Assembly: GCA_965215565.1 (NCBI GenBank)
Contig: CBDCDZ010000004.1
Coordinates: 416,001 to 480,000, forward strand
Direction of reading: 5' to 3'
DNA from: Trueperaceae bacterium
GTDB lineage: Bacteria > Deinococcota > Deinococci > Deinococcales > Trueperaceae
Length of the DNA stretch: 64,000 bases
Shown here: positions 1-10,664 of the stretch, in pieces
How positions within the stretch are numbered: the stretch's first letter is position 1
Layout of the letters: each line of letters opens with the position of its first letter
Notes under the pieces: generated by a model
What the model was told of the DNA's origin: nothing
The model's database searches: none
The model's input: only the letters and a program-made list of their open reading frames with translations
Made by a program: the position numbers and the translations under genes

Positions 1-927
1 CTTACCGCGTACCCATACATAATGTGTACCGGAGCGGTTAAAGTTGACGGTGTAGTCTAGGCGTGGGCTGTTTGTGGTGTAGTTCGAACTGTTGTTAGTT
101 CCATTATCGGGCAAGGCTTGCATTGCCTCATTTCCTTGTGCTGCGCTACCCGACACAGATCGCCAACTCTGTCCATTTTTCGCTACGTTATTCTGATTGT
201 TCTCTGCTTCGATCTGCACGAGTCCGTCTGAGTCTTGCTGATACGCAGCGCTAGGGGTACTACCTGTGCTGTACTCGACATAAAGGCGCGGCGCTACATC
301 TTTACCGGAATCGCGCGACTCAGCAACTCGTTTGCCATAACCGTACCCAAGAACGAACGCGATTGTGTTGCCGCTCTTCCAATTAGGACGGTCCACAACC
401 TCTTGCACAATAGCTTTGAGGTCAGGACTACGCTGCGCTGCGCCAGACTCCCCTACAGTATTCCAAGCAGGGATGGACCAGCTTACATTCGCGCTAGTTT
501 TAGTAGCTCCCGCGAGGTCTGTCGAGGTGTTGAAGAAGGGTGCGTCGTCCTGGTCAATCGCACGAATACCTACGACCGTGCTCACCGAGGTTGCCTCATC
601 AACCGTAAATTGAAGCCACGCCCGGGTGACCGTCGCGCCTTTCGGCACGTCTATACCTGTAAAGCGCAAGCCAATCTTCTGTTGACCGCGAGAATTATAA
701 CTATCTCTCGTAATCTCGAGGTCTGAGCTTGTCAGGTATACCTCTGAGCCATCCTCGGACTCTTCGATATCATCGGAGCTTATCCAAGGTATTCTTTCAA
801 AATTGCTGGTGGCTTGTAGCTCTAATTTTGGTTCATTGTGCAAGTTACCGGTATTGGTACAAGCAGTGAGAAAGAGTATAGTAACAACAAGAGGTAATAG
901 CTTACGAATGGACAACGTTTCTGTCAT
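1..927 (-). CDS. Secreted lipoprotein with beta-rich extracellular domains (3' end runs off the window)
   Basis: Not in the ORF track; hand-translated open frame from ATG at 927 (RBS AGGAGAG upstream): MTETLSIRKLLPLVVTILFLTAC (lipobox LTAC), then DDIEE..SSDLE..QKIGLRFTGIDVPKGATVTRAWLQFTVDE..QRSPDLKAIVQEVVDRPNWKSGN, then a VQIEAE CBM-like segment; no stop before base 1. Confidence 0.85.
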   Translation of the reverse strand, partial: MTETLSIRKLLPLVVTILFLTACTNTGNLHNEPKLELQATSNFERIPWISSDDIEESEDGSEVYLTSSDLEITRDSYNSRGQQKIGLRFTGIDVPKGATVTRAWLQFTVDEATSVSTVVGIRAIDQDDAPFFNTSTDLAGATKTSANVSWSIPAWNTVGESGAAQRSPDLKAIVQEVVDRPNWKSGNTIAFVLGYGYGKRVAESRDSGKDVAPRLYVEYSTGSTPSAAYQQDSDGLVQIEAENNQNNVAKNGQSWRSVSGSAAQGNEAMQALPDNGTNNSSNYTTNSPRLDYTVNFNRSGTHYVWVRGK

Positions 928-1128
928 TTTCTCTCCTTGCCGAGATGTAAAGAGATTGAGTGAGTTTCTGGCTTCATAGATCGACCTTTCAGTTCTTTCT
1001 CAATGTGTTCTTCTTATTGAATGAGGTCGGTTACAAGCTCTTCTTTATATGGGTGGAGCTTGCTGCAACCGTATAGGCATCTACTACCCTTTCCACCTCC
1101 TTTTCAAAAAAGATGATTTAATATATAT

Positions 1129-1160
1129 TTCTAGGTTTTCTAGGTCTTTCTAGGTCTTTC
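1129..1160. repeat. Short tandem repeat TTCTAGGT(C)T x3 in the divergent intergenic region
   Basis: ttctaggtt ttctaggtct ttctaggtct ttc seen directly. Confidence 0.7.
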
Positions 1161-1272
1161 AAGCGCTTAGCTAAGGGATCGAGTGAGATCAGATACCAAG
1201 TTGTTTTAGGCAGCTAAATATGCAGGCATTCCAGGTTGCTCGCTACGTTAAACTAGATCAAGTAAGCACTCA

Positions 1273-4263
1273 ATGAGGAGGAAGCCGATACTCTATACGT
1301 TAGGAAAACTCTCCCTCGGAGACGCAAGCTTTACTCGGCTCAAGCCACTCATCTTACTGTCCTATTTGAGTTTGGAGGGACCGCAAAGTAGGGCGCATCT
1401 CGGTGAGCTTCTTTGGTCCGACGCGAAAACTCCTCTAGGCGGTCTTTCCGTCGCACTAAGCCGACTTAGACAGGTTTGCCCCGGTAGTATCGAAGCTGAC
1501 GAATACGTTGTTAAAAGTACTTTGCCCACCGACGCGCTCGCCTTCACGAGAGCCGCACAGCAAAGACAGTACAAGGCGGCTCTAGACCTTTACCAAGGAC
1601 CTTTTTTAGAAAATGTTGTCCTATCCGACTGGAGCGTCACGCTAGAGTCGTGGGTCTATACCACCCGTGAAATGCTCGCGGCGCAGGCCCAAACGTGCCT
1701 CTTAAAGCGCGCCAAACGCTACGCCGAAGAGAGCCGTGTAGACCTCGCCGCGCAGTACGCTGAAACCGCCTATACCCTGCCCGCCGCGCCTGCACCCGAA
1801 CCTGAAACGTTGACCCTCATCTTCGATTTGCTCCAAGAAGGTAGGCATGAGGCGGCGCAAGCCGTTGCCGCAGAAGCCGAAGAGTTGGGGCTTACGCTCG
1901 TTAAAGCAGCCTCATCACGCGCTAAAACTAGCATGATCTCTCATAACCTACCTCCGTCAAAAAACGCCTTTATCGGACGTCACGAAGAGATAGTGACGCT
2001 CAGCACACGGCTCAGCGACCCGAATTGCCGACTTCTCACTCTTAAAGGACCAGGAGGTATAGGAAAATCACGGCTCGCGCTGAACGTAGCGCGCGCGCAA
2101 CTCTCTCAGCCACATTTTAAGGACGGCGTTTATTTCGCCTCACTCGAGTCCCTTGGGTCTCCTGACCTTGTTCCGACGCGCATTGCTGAAGTGCTGGAGC
2201 TATCGTTAAGCGCTCAAGAGTCTCCTATTGACCTCATCATGTCCTTTTTGCATCAGAAGCGGGTACTTCTTGTGCTAGACAACTTCGAGCATCTCCGCGA
2301 GGCCGTGCTAACCCTCGCGGAAATCTCGGCGGCGTGCCCCCTGCTCACCTGTCTTGTTACCTCACGTGTTCGGCTTAACCTCAAAGACGAGTGGGTTTTT
2401 CGGGTAGACGGTCTAGCGTATCCCACCTCTACTGAACAGCTCGACGTGCTTTTAGACTATGACGCGCCAAAGCTCTTTGCGCAACGTGCACAGCAAGCGC
2501 TAATAAATCTCTCTTTGACGCGCTCAGACTATCCCGATCTTGTAAAGCTCTGCCGCTTGACAGGGGGAATGCCTTTGGCGCTTGAACTTGCGGCTGCTTG
2601 GTTGCGAATTATGTCCCTTAGGGAAGTTGTCGAAGAGGTAGAACGCGGCGCTGGACTCCTCGCCAGTGATTACCGCAATAACGATACGCGGCACGAAAGC
2701 ATTTCAGGGATTCTCGAGCAGTCGTGGCAGCGTGTAAGTAAAGATGGACAAGAGGCGCTTCTTAAGCTTTCCGTTTTTGAGGGCGGTTTTACCCGCGCAG
2801 CCGCCGCGCAAGTCGCGGGTACGACGCTATCTACCTTAGCGAGTTTGCTAGACGCTTCAATGTTGAGTAGGGAGACAGGTGAGCGTTACGGGTTTCACCC
2901 GCTAACGAAACAGTACTTTCTCCAACGACTGCTCGAGGATTCAGCGCACTTTCAAGCTATCAAGTGCCAACACGCTTCGCACTACCTTTCCCTTGCAGAA
3001 GAAGCGGAGTCCGAGCTGAGAGGTGAAAAGCAAAAGGGATGGCTCGAGCGACTAGACCAAGAGCTGAGTAACTTTCGGTCAGCGCTCCACTGGTCCACTG
3101 GTCAGGGGGAAGCCGAGATAGCTTTGAGGTTAGCCAGCGCTCTGCTCACCTTTTGGGAAGTTCGCGGTTACTTTGCCGAGGGGCTTGCTTGGCTTGAACA
3201 GTCACTCAAGCTTGTAGGTAAGATAGACGAAAGAAGCAGAGTGAAAGCTCTCCATGCGGCAGGTACATTGGCTGAGCGACAAGGAGACCTAAAAGCCGCC
3301 CACACCTACTTTGAAGCCGGTCTAACATCAGCTAGAAGCTTAGGCGACCAAGCGCTCATCGTTGAACTGCTTATAGGTATGGGCGTTACACAGATGTATT
3401 TAGGGAACTATGCTGATGCTCAAACCTACTTTGGAGAAGGCGTAGACATAAGCAGAAGCTCGCAAAACGTGCGGGGTTTAGGAAGGTTGCTGAGCAGCCT
3501 TGGAATTGTAGAAACTTACCGGGCGAACTACTCCGCCGCTCGAGCCTATTTCGAGGAAGTTATACCTTTAAGAAAGAATTCGGGCGATATACTTGGCTTA
3601 GCAGCATCCTTGCAAAACTGGGGACTTTTAGAAGTGAAAGAAGGAAACTATTCAATGGCTCGCACTCTTGTCGAGCAAAGTTTAGAAATTACCGAAAACT
3701 TAGGACATGTATATGGCAGCGCTGCCTTGCTTAACAGCTTAGGATTTTTGGAAGAACATGATGGCAATCTACCAGCGGCAAAAAGATATTACCGAAGGTG
3801 CTTGCTGCTAAGAGACAGGATGAGCGACCAGCGCGGCAGAGCGGAAGTGCTAACCAACCTAGGTGAAATTGCCTTGAGACAGAAGAGTTACGCCGAAGCC
3901 CATAAACACTTTGAGCAAAGTCTGAAAATAAGTTACAGGTTGGATTTTAAGTCCCAAACAATCGAAAACATAGAAAAATTTGCGTGTCTAGCATGTTTGG
4001 TGAGTGACTTTACCTATGCTGTACAGTATTGGTCTTACGCGGAGAGGCTCCGACGAGATATAGGTGAGCCTTTAGATATGCCCGAAAAGCAACGCTACGA
4101 CCAAATTCTCGCTACTGCATACGACCATCTCGACGCCAAAGCGCTTGAGATTGCTCAGGAAGCCGGACAACAGTTGACGGTTGAAGAGGTTGTCGATCAT
4201 ATATTGAAGCAACTAGAGTTGCCTCGAGATAATTCCGCCAAAGATTCTTTTACTATACTGTAG
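1273..4263 (+). CDS. SARP/BTAD-like N-terminus + STAND (NB-ARC-like) ATPase + TPR transcriptional regulator
   Basis: N-terminal SRAHLGELLW..LSRLRQ / ALDLYQGPFL; HNLP..FIGR; Walker A GPGGIGKS; LLVLDNFEH; GMPLALELAA; C-terminal TPR-like repeats. Confidence 0.9.
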   Translation: MRRKPILYTLGKLSLGDASFTRLKPLILLSYLSLEGPQSRAHLGELLWSDAKTPLGGLSVALSRLRQVCPGSIEADEYVVKSTLPTDALAFTRAAQQRQYKAALDLYQGPFLENVVLSDWSVTLESWVYTTREMLAAQAQTCLLKRAKRYAEESRVDLAAQYAETAYTLPAAPAPEPETLTLIFDLLQEGRHEAAQAVAAEAEELGLTLVKAASSRAKTSMISHNLPPSKNAFIGRHEEIVTLSTRLSDPNCRLLTLKGPGGIGKSRLALNVARAQLSQPHFKDGVYFASLESLGSPDLVPTRIAEVLELSLSAQESPIDLIMSFLHQKRVLLVLDNFEHLREAVLTLAEISAACPLLTCLVTSRVRLNLKDEWVFRVDGLAYPTSTEQLDVLLDYDAPKLFAQRAQQALINLSLTRSDYPDLVKLCRLTGGMPLALELAAAWLRIMSLREVVEEVERGAGLLASDYRNNDTRHESISGILEQSWQRVSKDGQEALLKLSVFEGGFTRAAAAQVAGTTLSTLASLLDASMLSRETGERYGFHPLTKQYFLQRLLEDSAHFQAIKCQHASHYLSLAEEAESELRGEKQKGWLERLDQELSNFRSALHWSTGQGEAEIALRLASALLTFWEVRGYFAEGLAWLEQSLKLVGKIDERSRVKALHAAGTLAERQGDLKAAHTYFEAGLTSARSLGDQALIVELLIGMGVTQMYLGNYADAQTYFGEGVDISRSSQNVRGLGRLLSSLGIVETYRANYSAARAYFEEVIPLRKNSGDILGLAASLQNWGLLEVKEGNYSMARTLVEQSLEITENLGHVYGSAALLNSLGFLEEHDGNLPAAKRYYRRCLLLRDRMSDQRGRAEVLTNLGEIALRQKSYAEAHKHFEQSLKISYRLDFKSQTIENIEKFACLACLVSDFTYAVQYWSYAERLRRDIGEPLDMPEKQRYDQILATAYDHLDAKALEIAQEAGQQLTVEEVVDHILKQLELPRDNSAKDSFTIL

Positions 4264-4412
4264 CTAAGTCGAGTTCGAGACGAAGATATTACGGCGCTAT
4301 TTCGACCCCCGCTGCCACCACAACATCAGCACCCCTGCCCCGATAAAAAGGAGCGGTAACCCCCCGAGAGCCTACTCACAGGGTCCTTGACTAGCCCGTA
4401 CTGCACCCTCTC

Positions 4413-4766
4413 ATGGACCCTCGCGTGGGGGAGGCTATCGAACTCGGCATCGCGGTGCTAGACGAAGCGCTTTCGGTGCTCGAGTTCGCCTATCAAGTAG
4501 ATAAACCGAGGGGTTTGCAGGTTACGTGCGATGCTATTGGAAACTACTTAGATACGCTCTTTGCTGCTTGGGTCACCCCTGTAGACGACGCGCTGCCTGC
4601 ACCGTCGCTTGCTGAACTTGAAAACGCAGGGCTAGCGCTCGCCAGCCAAAAGACATTCGAAGCGCGTTTAGAAGAGGTGAGTACGCGGCGGCGTCTGCTG
4701 CGTGCGCTCGTCGGGCGGAACGGCTGGGAGTGGTGGCAGGTGGAGGATACGGCTCAGCCTAACTGA
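4413..4766 (+). CDS. Hypothetical protein
   Basis: 117-aa ORF with plausible helical composition; no recognised motif. Confidence 0.5.
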   Translation: MDPRVGEAIELGIAVLDEALSVLEFAYQVDKPRGLQVTCDAIGNYLDTLFAAWVTPVDDALPAPSLAELENAGLALASQKTFEARLEEVSTRRRLLRALVGRNGWEWWQVEDTAQPN

Positions 4767-4876
4767 TTCGAGTTGAAGCTTCTGCGGTTAACGCGCGCGT
4801 TCGCTGCAGAAGGCTAATACTACGATAGGCCCGTTTCGCAACCTTATTGGTCCATCTGTATATCCATAATGAATGA

Positions 4877-5018
4877 GAGCGGCGCATGGCTCATGGTTCA
4901 TCTGCCTTGGCTTATCACCGGCTGATGGCTCTTTTTGGAAGGGCCTGCGCCGCTCGTGCGGTGGTCTATCGCTAGATACTTGGGTGCGTATAGCTCGCTA
5001 CAGATGCGCGTAGACCAC
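4877..5018 (+). ncRNA. Putative IS110 bridge RNA (two stem-loops with large internal loops)
   Basis: GAGCGGCGCA (4877-4886) pairs with TGCGCCGCTC (4946-4955); GTGGTCTA (4961-4968) pairs with TAGACCAC (5011-5018); both enclose internal loops; directly upstream of the IS110 recombinase and downstream of a CATAAT -10-like box. Confidence 0.55.
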
Positions 5019-5037
5019 GGCCACCTGAGGAGGTGAC

Positions 5038-5982
5038 ATGATGGTCATTATAGGCGTTGACCCACATCCTGGTACCCACACAGCAGCTGTGTTGGACATA
5101 AACGGCAAAGAGCTGGCTTACCTCACCGTCGAGAACAGCGAAGCAGGCTTGCAGCGGCTGAGGGATTGGGTAGAGCAGTTTCCTGAACGGGTCTGGGCTA
5201 TTGAAGGGACGAACAACCCCTTTGTGACGGCGCTGAGCCACACGCTCGCCGTGCAAGAAAGCGTCGTCAACATCTCGCCCAACCTCACTAGCCAATACCG
5301 CAGCCGGAGAGGGCGCAAGAAGAACGCCCGAGTCGATGCCGTCAACGTGGCACGGGCTTACCTCGCTAATCCTGATCTGCCTCCGTTCTCACCTCGGGCA
5401 GACGTTGAAGAGCTCAAAGAGCTTACCCGCACCAGAGAACGGCTCGTTGAGACGTTGAAAGCAAGCTGTTCAGCTTTACGTCGACTTGATGAGGGGGCGA
5501 CCAACTACCAAGCATTAGCAGCCGTTGTCGCCTGTCTTGAACAACAGATTTCGATGTTCGAGGCTGACCTAGATAGCCTCGTCAAGACGGCTGGTCCTCA
5601 GCTCTTAGGTTTACGAGGGGTTGCCACCGTCAACGCCGCTATCATCCTGGCAGAAGCAAGTAATGTTGAGCGTTTCCGCGACCAGCACGCTTTTGCAAGC
5701 TACGTCGGCTGCGCCCCCGTCGAGCGCTCGAGCGGGGGGCAGCAGCGCAGGTAACTCGATCCTGGTGGGAACCGGCGACTCAAACGGACCTGCCATTTGA
5801 TCGCGTTGGTAAGACTGCGGACCGATGAAATGACCCGAGCGTATGTGAAGCGTAAACAAGAAGAAGGTAAAACCTTTCGAGCTGCGCTCAGATCACTCAA
5901 AACCATCATTGCCCACGAACTCTACCGCTCTCTGAAGACCACTCGCACTCAACCCGCTTCTTTCATGGGGCCTTGCCCTTGA
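5038..5982 (+). pseudogene. IS110-family DEDD transposase/recombinase with an in-frame nonsense codon
   Basis: IIGVDPH, WAIEG, KKNARVDA (expected KxDxxDA; one Asp appears to be Ala), FASYVGCAPVERSSG; TAA at 5752-5754, then the same frame continues LDPGGNRRLKRTCHLIALVRLR. Confidence 0.9.
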
Positions 5983-6041
5983 CATACTTGATTCCGCTAA
6001 ATACATGCAGAGTAAATTCACTTCACGAAGGAGGTCACCCT

Positions 6042-6452
6042 ATGCGCTCATACGCCCGCGTTCGCAAGCTAACTGAGGAAGAATACCAAGAGTGAAAGCG
6101 TTGGGAGCACTTGAGGACGATGGCAGCAGGCAAGGTCAAGCGGGCTCAGGCAGTGCTGTGCTCGAACCAGGGCTACACCTACGCTGAGATTACACAGAAG
6201 CTCGAGGTGGGTAAACGCACCGTAAGACGGTGGGTGGCACACTTTAACAAACTGGGTATTCCAGGAATAGAAGAGGAGCAGCGTCCAGAATGCCCACGAG
6301 TCTTTACCACCAAATAGGTGAATACGGTAGTCGAAGCGGCATTGGCTAAGCCTGATGGTTTAGGTGTACCTTTTAGCTCGTGGTCTTTAGATAGGCTTGT
6401 CGCCTATCTCAGCGAGAAAAAAGGTATTAGTATGAGCCGCAGCCGCATGAGC
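6042..6452 (+). pseudogene. IS630-family transposase N-terminal (HTH) remnant
   Basis: MRSYARVRKLTEEEYQE*KRW..RAQAVLCSNQG..TVRRWVAHFNKLG..RPECPRVFT*..PFSSWSLDRLVAYL; two in-frame stops, no DDE domain. Confidence 0.75.
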
Positions 6453-6706
6453 GTTGCCACCCAGAATGACTTCGGCAGCTTGGCATGACCTACTTTTACA
6501 TACCCCACCCGGACCTAGCGAGGTGAAGCGCAGGCAGCGCGGACGCTTCACGCCACCGACGTCACACTACTCGATGTATTGGGTTTGCTCTAGTCCGTCC
6601 CTAAACTCCGCAGATACAACCCTTCGCCAAACGTACCCTGAACTAGCGATTCGCCGAACGTGGGACGGACAACGCGCGGCTCTTCTTCGCATTTGGGCGC
6701 TTTATC

Positions 6707-7097
6707 TCACAGCCACACGCCCGCAGCGAGATACATGTGTTCATCCGAAATGCTGAGATGAGACGCTGAGCGCGGAGTCAGCTCGAGTCCATCCGCATAC
6801 ACCAACCCCTTCTCGCGGTAGACACGTAAGCGGCTCGAGGGTCGCCTGAAGCTAAACGTCTCCTGGTGCGCTACACGACCCGCCGAATAACGTTCCAACG
6901 TGCCGGAACCGGGCTCACGAGTGTGCTGTGATTGCCCCTGCCCATCCCGGATGACCTTGCCGCTGCCGAAGACGACCTCTTCACCGTAAACGTTGTGGTC
7001 TTTTTCGACTTCTAAGATAAGTGCGGTGTCACCAAGTCACAGCCTGTCATCCGTGGTGGGTAAGCAATGAGTAAAAACCAAAAACCTTTAGACTCAT
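6707..7097 (-). pseudogene. ureC: Fused remnants of urease alpha subunit (ureC 5' end) and a UreD-like internal segment
   Basis: Minus strand: [43 protein letters not shown] (UreC N-terminal signature) running in frame into [32 protein letters not shown] (UreD-like, less certain). Confidence 0.75.
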
Positions 7098-7113
7098 TAC
7101 TCGTTCCTCATTA

Positions 7114-7416
7114 CTAGCTAATCGGATCATGAATCGTCACCAGCTTCGTCCCGTCGGGAAACGTCCCCTCCACCTGAATCTCCAAGATCATTTCAAGCCC
7201 GCCGTTCATCGCGTCGTCGCGCCCTAAAATCGTCGCGCCGTAGCTCATCAGGTCAGGGACGCTCCGCTCGTCGCGGACGCCCTCAAAGACCTCGGCGGTG
7301 ATGAGGGCGATAGCTTCGGGGTGGTTGAGTTTAAGCCCCCTTTCTTTGCGGCGACGGGCGACCTCTGCCGCTGTGAAGATGAGGAGCTTGTCGCGTTCAC
7401 GTTCGGTGAGTCGCAT
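7114..7416 (-). CDS. ureA: Urease subunit gamma (possibly degenerating)
   Basis: [63 protein letters not shown] at 7416 just after the glnA stop. Confidence 0.9.
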   Translation of the reverse strand: MRLTERERDKLLIFTAAEVARRRKERGLKLNHPEAIALITAEVFEGVRDERSVPDLMSYGATILGRDDAMNGGLEMILEIQVEGTFPDGTKLVTIHDPIS

Positions 7417-7420
7417 GAGG

Positions 7421-9583
7421 TCAGCGGATAAAGAGCATCTCTTGATAGGTTGGCAGAGGCCACAGGTCATCGGCGACGATCGCCTCGAGCCCATCCGCCG
7501 CCTCGCGCACTTTATGCATGGTGGACCTGATCTCGTCGTGGGCGTAGTGAGCGCCCTCTAAGCCTTCTGGCACGTCTTGTTTGAGTGCCTCCAACTTCGC
7601 CGTGTTGTCTTGAAGCGATTTGACGAGGCTCGTGACCTTGTCGAGCGTGTCAGTATCGAACTCGTAGCCGATGGCTTTGAGGCTGGCGCAGGTCTGCGCG
7701 AGTTCGCCCTGGTAGCGCACGGCGGCGGGGAAGATGATGGTCTTCGCCATCTCCACAACTAAATTCGACTCCAGGTTGAGGCTCATGACGTACTGCTCTA
7801 AAGCGACTTCGTAGAGGCTCTCCAGTTCGTGTTTGCTAAAGACGTTGTAGGTCTCGAAGAGGGTGATGACCTCCTCAGAGATGTACGCGGGCAGGGCGTC
7901 CGGGGTCGCCTTGAGGTTGGGCAGCCCACGCGACTCGGCCTCCTTTTCCCATTCTTCCGAGTAGCCGTCGCCGTCGAACAAAACCGCGCCGTGCTCTTGG
8001 ATAATGGTCTTGAGAAGCGACTGCACGGCGGCGTTAAAGTCGTCCGCGCCTTCAAGTTCATTGGCGACGTAGTCGAGCGACTCCGCTAAGATGGTGTTGA
8101 TGACGGTAACGGGGCGCGAGATGGACTGGCTCGAGCCCACCGCCCGAAACTCGAACTTGTTGCCTGTAAAGGCGAAGGGGCTGGTGCGGTTGCGGTCACC
8201 TGCGTGTTTGGGCAGAGGGGGCAGCGTGTCCACGCCGACGCTCAACGTGCCCGAGGATTTGGACGAGGTCGCGCCGCCGTTGTTTTTAATCTGCTCAAAG
8301 ACGTCGCTGAGTTGGTCGCCCAAAAAAATAGAGATGATCGCGGGCGGCGCTTCGTTCGCACCCAAGCGGTGGTCGTTGCTCGCGGAGGCAATCGCAGCGC
8401 GTAGGAGCGGCGCGTGGCGGTGCACAGCGCGAATCACGGCGGCGCAGAAGACCAAAAATTGTGCGTTGTCGTGGGGGTTGTCGCCAGGGTCCAGCAGGTT
8501 CCCTTGCGCCGCGTTGCCTAAGGACATGTTCACGTGCTTGCCGCTGCCATTGATGCCCGCGAAGGGTTTTTCGTGGAGCAAGCAGGCGAAGCCGTATGTG
8601 CTGGCGGTTTTTTGCAGCACGCTCATGACAACTTGTTGGTGGTCGGCGGCGACGTTGGCGTTTTCAAAGACGGGCGCGAGTTCGAACTGGGCTGGGGCAA
8701 CCTCGTTGTGGCGGGTTTTGATCGGCACGCCGAGTTTGAACAGCTCGCGCTCCAAAGCGTACATACACGCCTGCACCCGCTCGTTAATCGCGCCGAAGTA
8801 GTGGTCGTCGAACTCCTGACCTTTGGGGGGCGGTGCGCCGAAGAGGGTGCGCCCGGCGGTCAAGAGGTCGGGGCGTGCCAAGTAGAAGCTGCGATCGATG
8901 AGGAAATACTCCTGCTCCGCGCCCGCCGTCGAGGTGACGAGGGCGACGCCCGTGTGACCGAACAGCTTCAACACGCGCTTCGCTTGGGTGTCCAGCGCTT
9001 TCATCGAGCGCAGCAGCGGGGTCTTTTCGTCCAGTATCTCGCCCGTCCAGGCGACGAAAGCTGAGGGGATGGTCAGCGTCAAGCCGTTGGGGTTCTCGGC
9101 TAAATACGCGGGGCTCGTCACGTCCCAGGCGGTGTAGCCTCTCGCTTCGTGCGTCTGGCGGAGCCCGCCCGTGGGGAAGCTCGAGCCGTCTGGCTCCTGC
9201 TGAATCAGGGTATCGCCCGAAAACTCCGAAATCGTGCCGCCTTCCGAGGTCGGCGAGAAAAAGCTGTCGTTCTTCTCGGCGGTCAGCCCGGTCAGCGGGT
9301 AGAAGATATGTCCGTAGTGCGTCGCGCCCTTCTCCACCGCCCACGCCTTCATCGCCGAGGCGATGGCGTCGGCGGTGGACACGTCCAGCGTTTGCCCCTC
9401 CTGAATGGTCTTCTGTAACGACTTAAATACATGTAAGGGCAGGCGCTCTTTCATGACCGCCAAGCTAAAGACGTTGCTGGCGAAGAGGTCGCCCGTCGGC
9501 TGCGCAGCGTAGTCGATAGGTTCTGGCAGTCGGTAAGCAATCGTTTCAGCAACGGACTTCGTGCGCACGGCGTTTCCGCTCAT
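7421..9583 (-). CDS. glnA: Glutamine synthetase type III
   Basis: 720 aa; [99 protein letters not shown]. Confidence 0.95.
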   Translation of the reverse strand: MSGNAVRTKSVAETIAYRLPEPIDYAAQPTGDLFASNVFSLAVMKERLPLHVFKSLQKTIQEGQTLDVSTADAIASAMKAWAVEKGATHYGHIFYPLTGLTAEKNDSFFSPTSEGGTISEFSGDTLIQQEPDGSSFPTGGLRQTHEARGYTAWDVTSPAYLAENPNGLTLTIPSAFVAWTGEILDEKTPLLRSMKALDTQAKRVLKLFGHTGVALVTSTAGAEQEYFLIDRSFYLARPDLLTAGRTLFGAPPPKGQEFDDHYFGAINERVQACMYALERELFKLGVPIKTRHNEVAPAQFELAPVFENANVAADHQQVVMSVLQKTASTYGFACLLHEKPFAGINGSGKHVNMSLGNAAQGNLLDPGDNPHDNAQFLVFCAAVIRAVHRHAPLLRAAIASASNDHRLGANEAPPAIISIFLGDQLSDVFEQIKNNGGATSSKSSGTLSVGVDTLPPLPKHAGDRNRTSPFAFTGNKFEFRAVGSSQSISRPVTVINTILAESLDYVANELEGADDFNAAVQSLLKTIIQEHGAVLFDGDGYSEEWEKEAESRGLPNLKATPDALPAYISEEVITLFETYNVFSKHELESLYEVALEQYVMSLNLESNLVVEMAKTIIFPAAVRYQGELAQTCASLKAIGYEFDTDTLDKVTSLVKSLQDNTAKLEALKQDVPEGLEGAHYAHDEIRSTMHKVREAADGLEAIVADDLWPLPTYQEMLFIR

Positions 9584-9927
9584 AGGGGTTCCTTTCGAGG
9601 TTCATGTGTGTGGTGGTGGGTTGGATCGAGGAATAGCTGAGTTCAACTCGTTTAGCATAACACTACTACTTGCCAAATTGTAAAGGAACAGCTCTTCGGT
9701 TATACACAATTTTTTGCAATTAAGCGGCGTAAATCTGGGCATTTTGCAAATGTTTAGCGCACAACCGAAATATGAAACTTTGACACGTCGGATTGTAACG
9801 AAATAAAAAGTACTTTACTATTGCGTCATTAGACCTCCGACGAAAGTAATTGAAAGATGACATGATGCAGAGATGCGCGAGCAAACGACCCGGAGCTTGG
9901 CGTTGCCGCCTGAGAAGTTCAAGCGAA

Positions 9928-10173
9928 ATGATTGAACTGGGTGGCGAAGCGGAGGAAGTAAAAGACTTCGTGCTGAAACAGAAAGAGGCAGTTAGAAGCT
10001 ACCTGGCGCAGCTCGCAGTAGAGGCTAACCTCGCCGAACCCGAGCGGGCGTCTCACGAGTTGATGCTTATCATTGACGGCGCGACAGTAACGGCGCTATT
10101 TCGTAAGCCAGAAGAGGTGGCGCGGCATGTGAGATCAATTTTTGCGGCGACTTCTAAAAGCGATAGGCTGTGA
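9928..10173 (+). pseudogene. TetR-family regulator C-terminal fragment
   Basis: KEAVRSYLAQLAVEANLAEPERASHELMLIIDGATVTA resembles TetR C-terminal helices; no N-terminal HTH. Confidence 0.55.
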
Positions 10174-10289
10174 GGCGGTGCGAGAATCCTTCTGCGAGAG
10201 ATGCGCGCAACTGGCGAAAGCACCACCTCTATGCTGATCTCCAAGCGACGCCTATCACTATATGTTGCTACGTGCACTAAGGAGCCGCA

Positions 10290-10664
10290 CTAACCCTCAG
10301 CACGCCCGTCCGCATCCGGCGAGAACTCCATATAGACCCGCCTGACGTGCAAGAGCGCGCTCACGCGCAAGGCGCAGGCGAGCCCCAGCCAGCTCGCGAC
10401 CGCCAAGCCGAACAGGACGCGACCCAGCGGCAGACCGGGGAGGAGTGAGAGGCACGCAGCGGCGAGTACCATAATTGCCGCGTAGCCGAGCGTCACGTAG
10501 TCCTGCTCGGTGCGCTCGAGCCAGAACCCGTCCAAGGCCGCCTCGCGCGGGCGGGGGTCCTTGAGGCCAGTGACCAGGGCGACGCCTAGGAAGAGGACGT
10601 ACTCAGCCCACAGTGCTGAGAAGGAGACGGTGGAGACGGTCCAGAGGATGAGGTCGTTGCTCAC
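10290..10664 (-). CDS. Small hypothetical membrane protein
   Basis: Three hydrophobic segments; GTG start with GAGG upstream. Confidence 0.6.
   Translation of the reverse strand: MSNDLILWTVSTVSFSALWAEYVLFLGVALVTGLKDPRPREAALDGFWLERTEQDYVTLGYAAIMVLAAACLSLLPGLPLGRVLFGLAVASWLGLACALRVSALLHVRRVYMEFSPDADGRAEG

Larger units (their letters stand above)
4857..5986 (+). mobile_element. IS110-family insertion sequence (degenerate; ends approximate)
   Basis: IS110 recombinase pseudogene, structured non-coding left end, TTGACA at the right end. Confidence 0.75.

Noticed and set aside
235..726. Plus-strand ORFs at 235-726 and 365-613
   Set aside because: Shadows of the minus-strand lipoprotein gene (1-927), which has an RBS, lipobox and coherent domains
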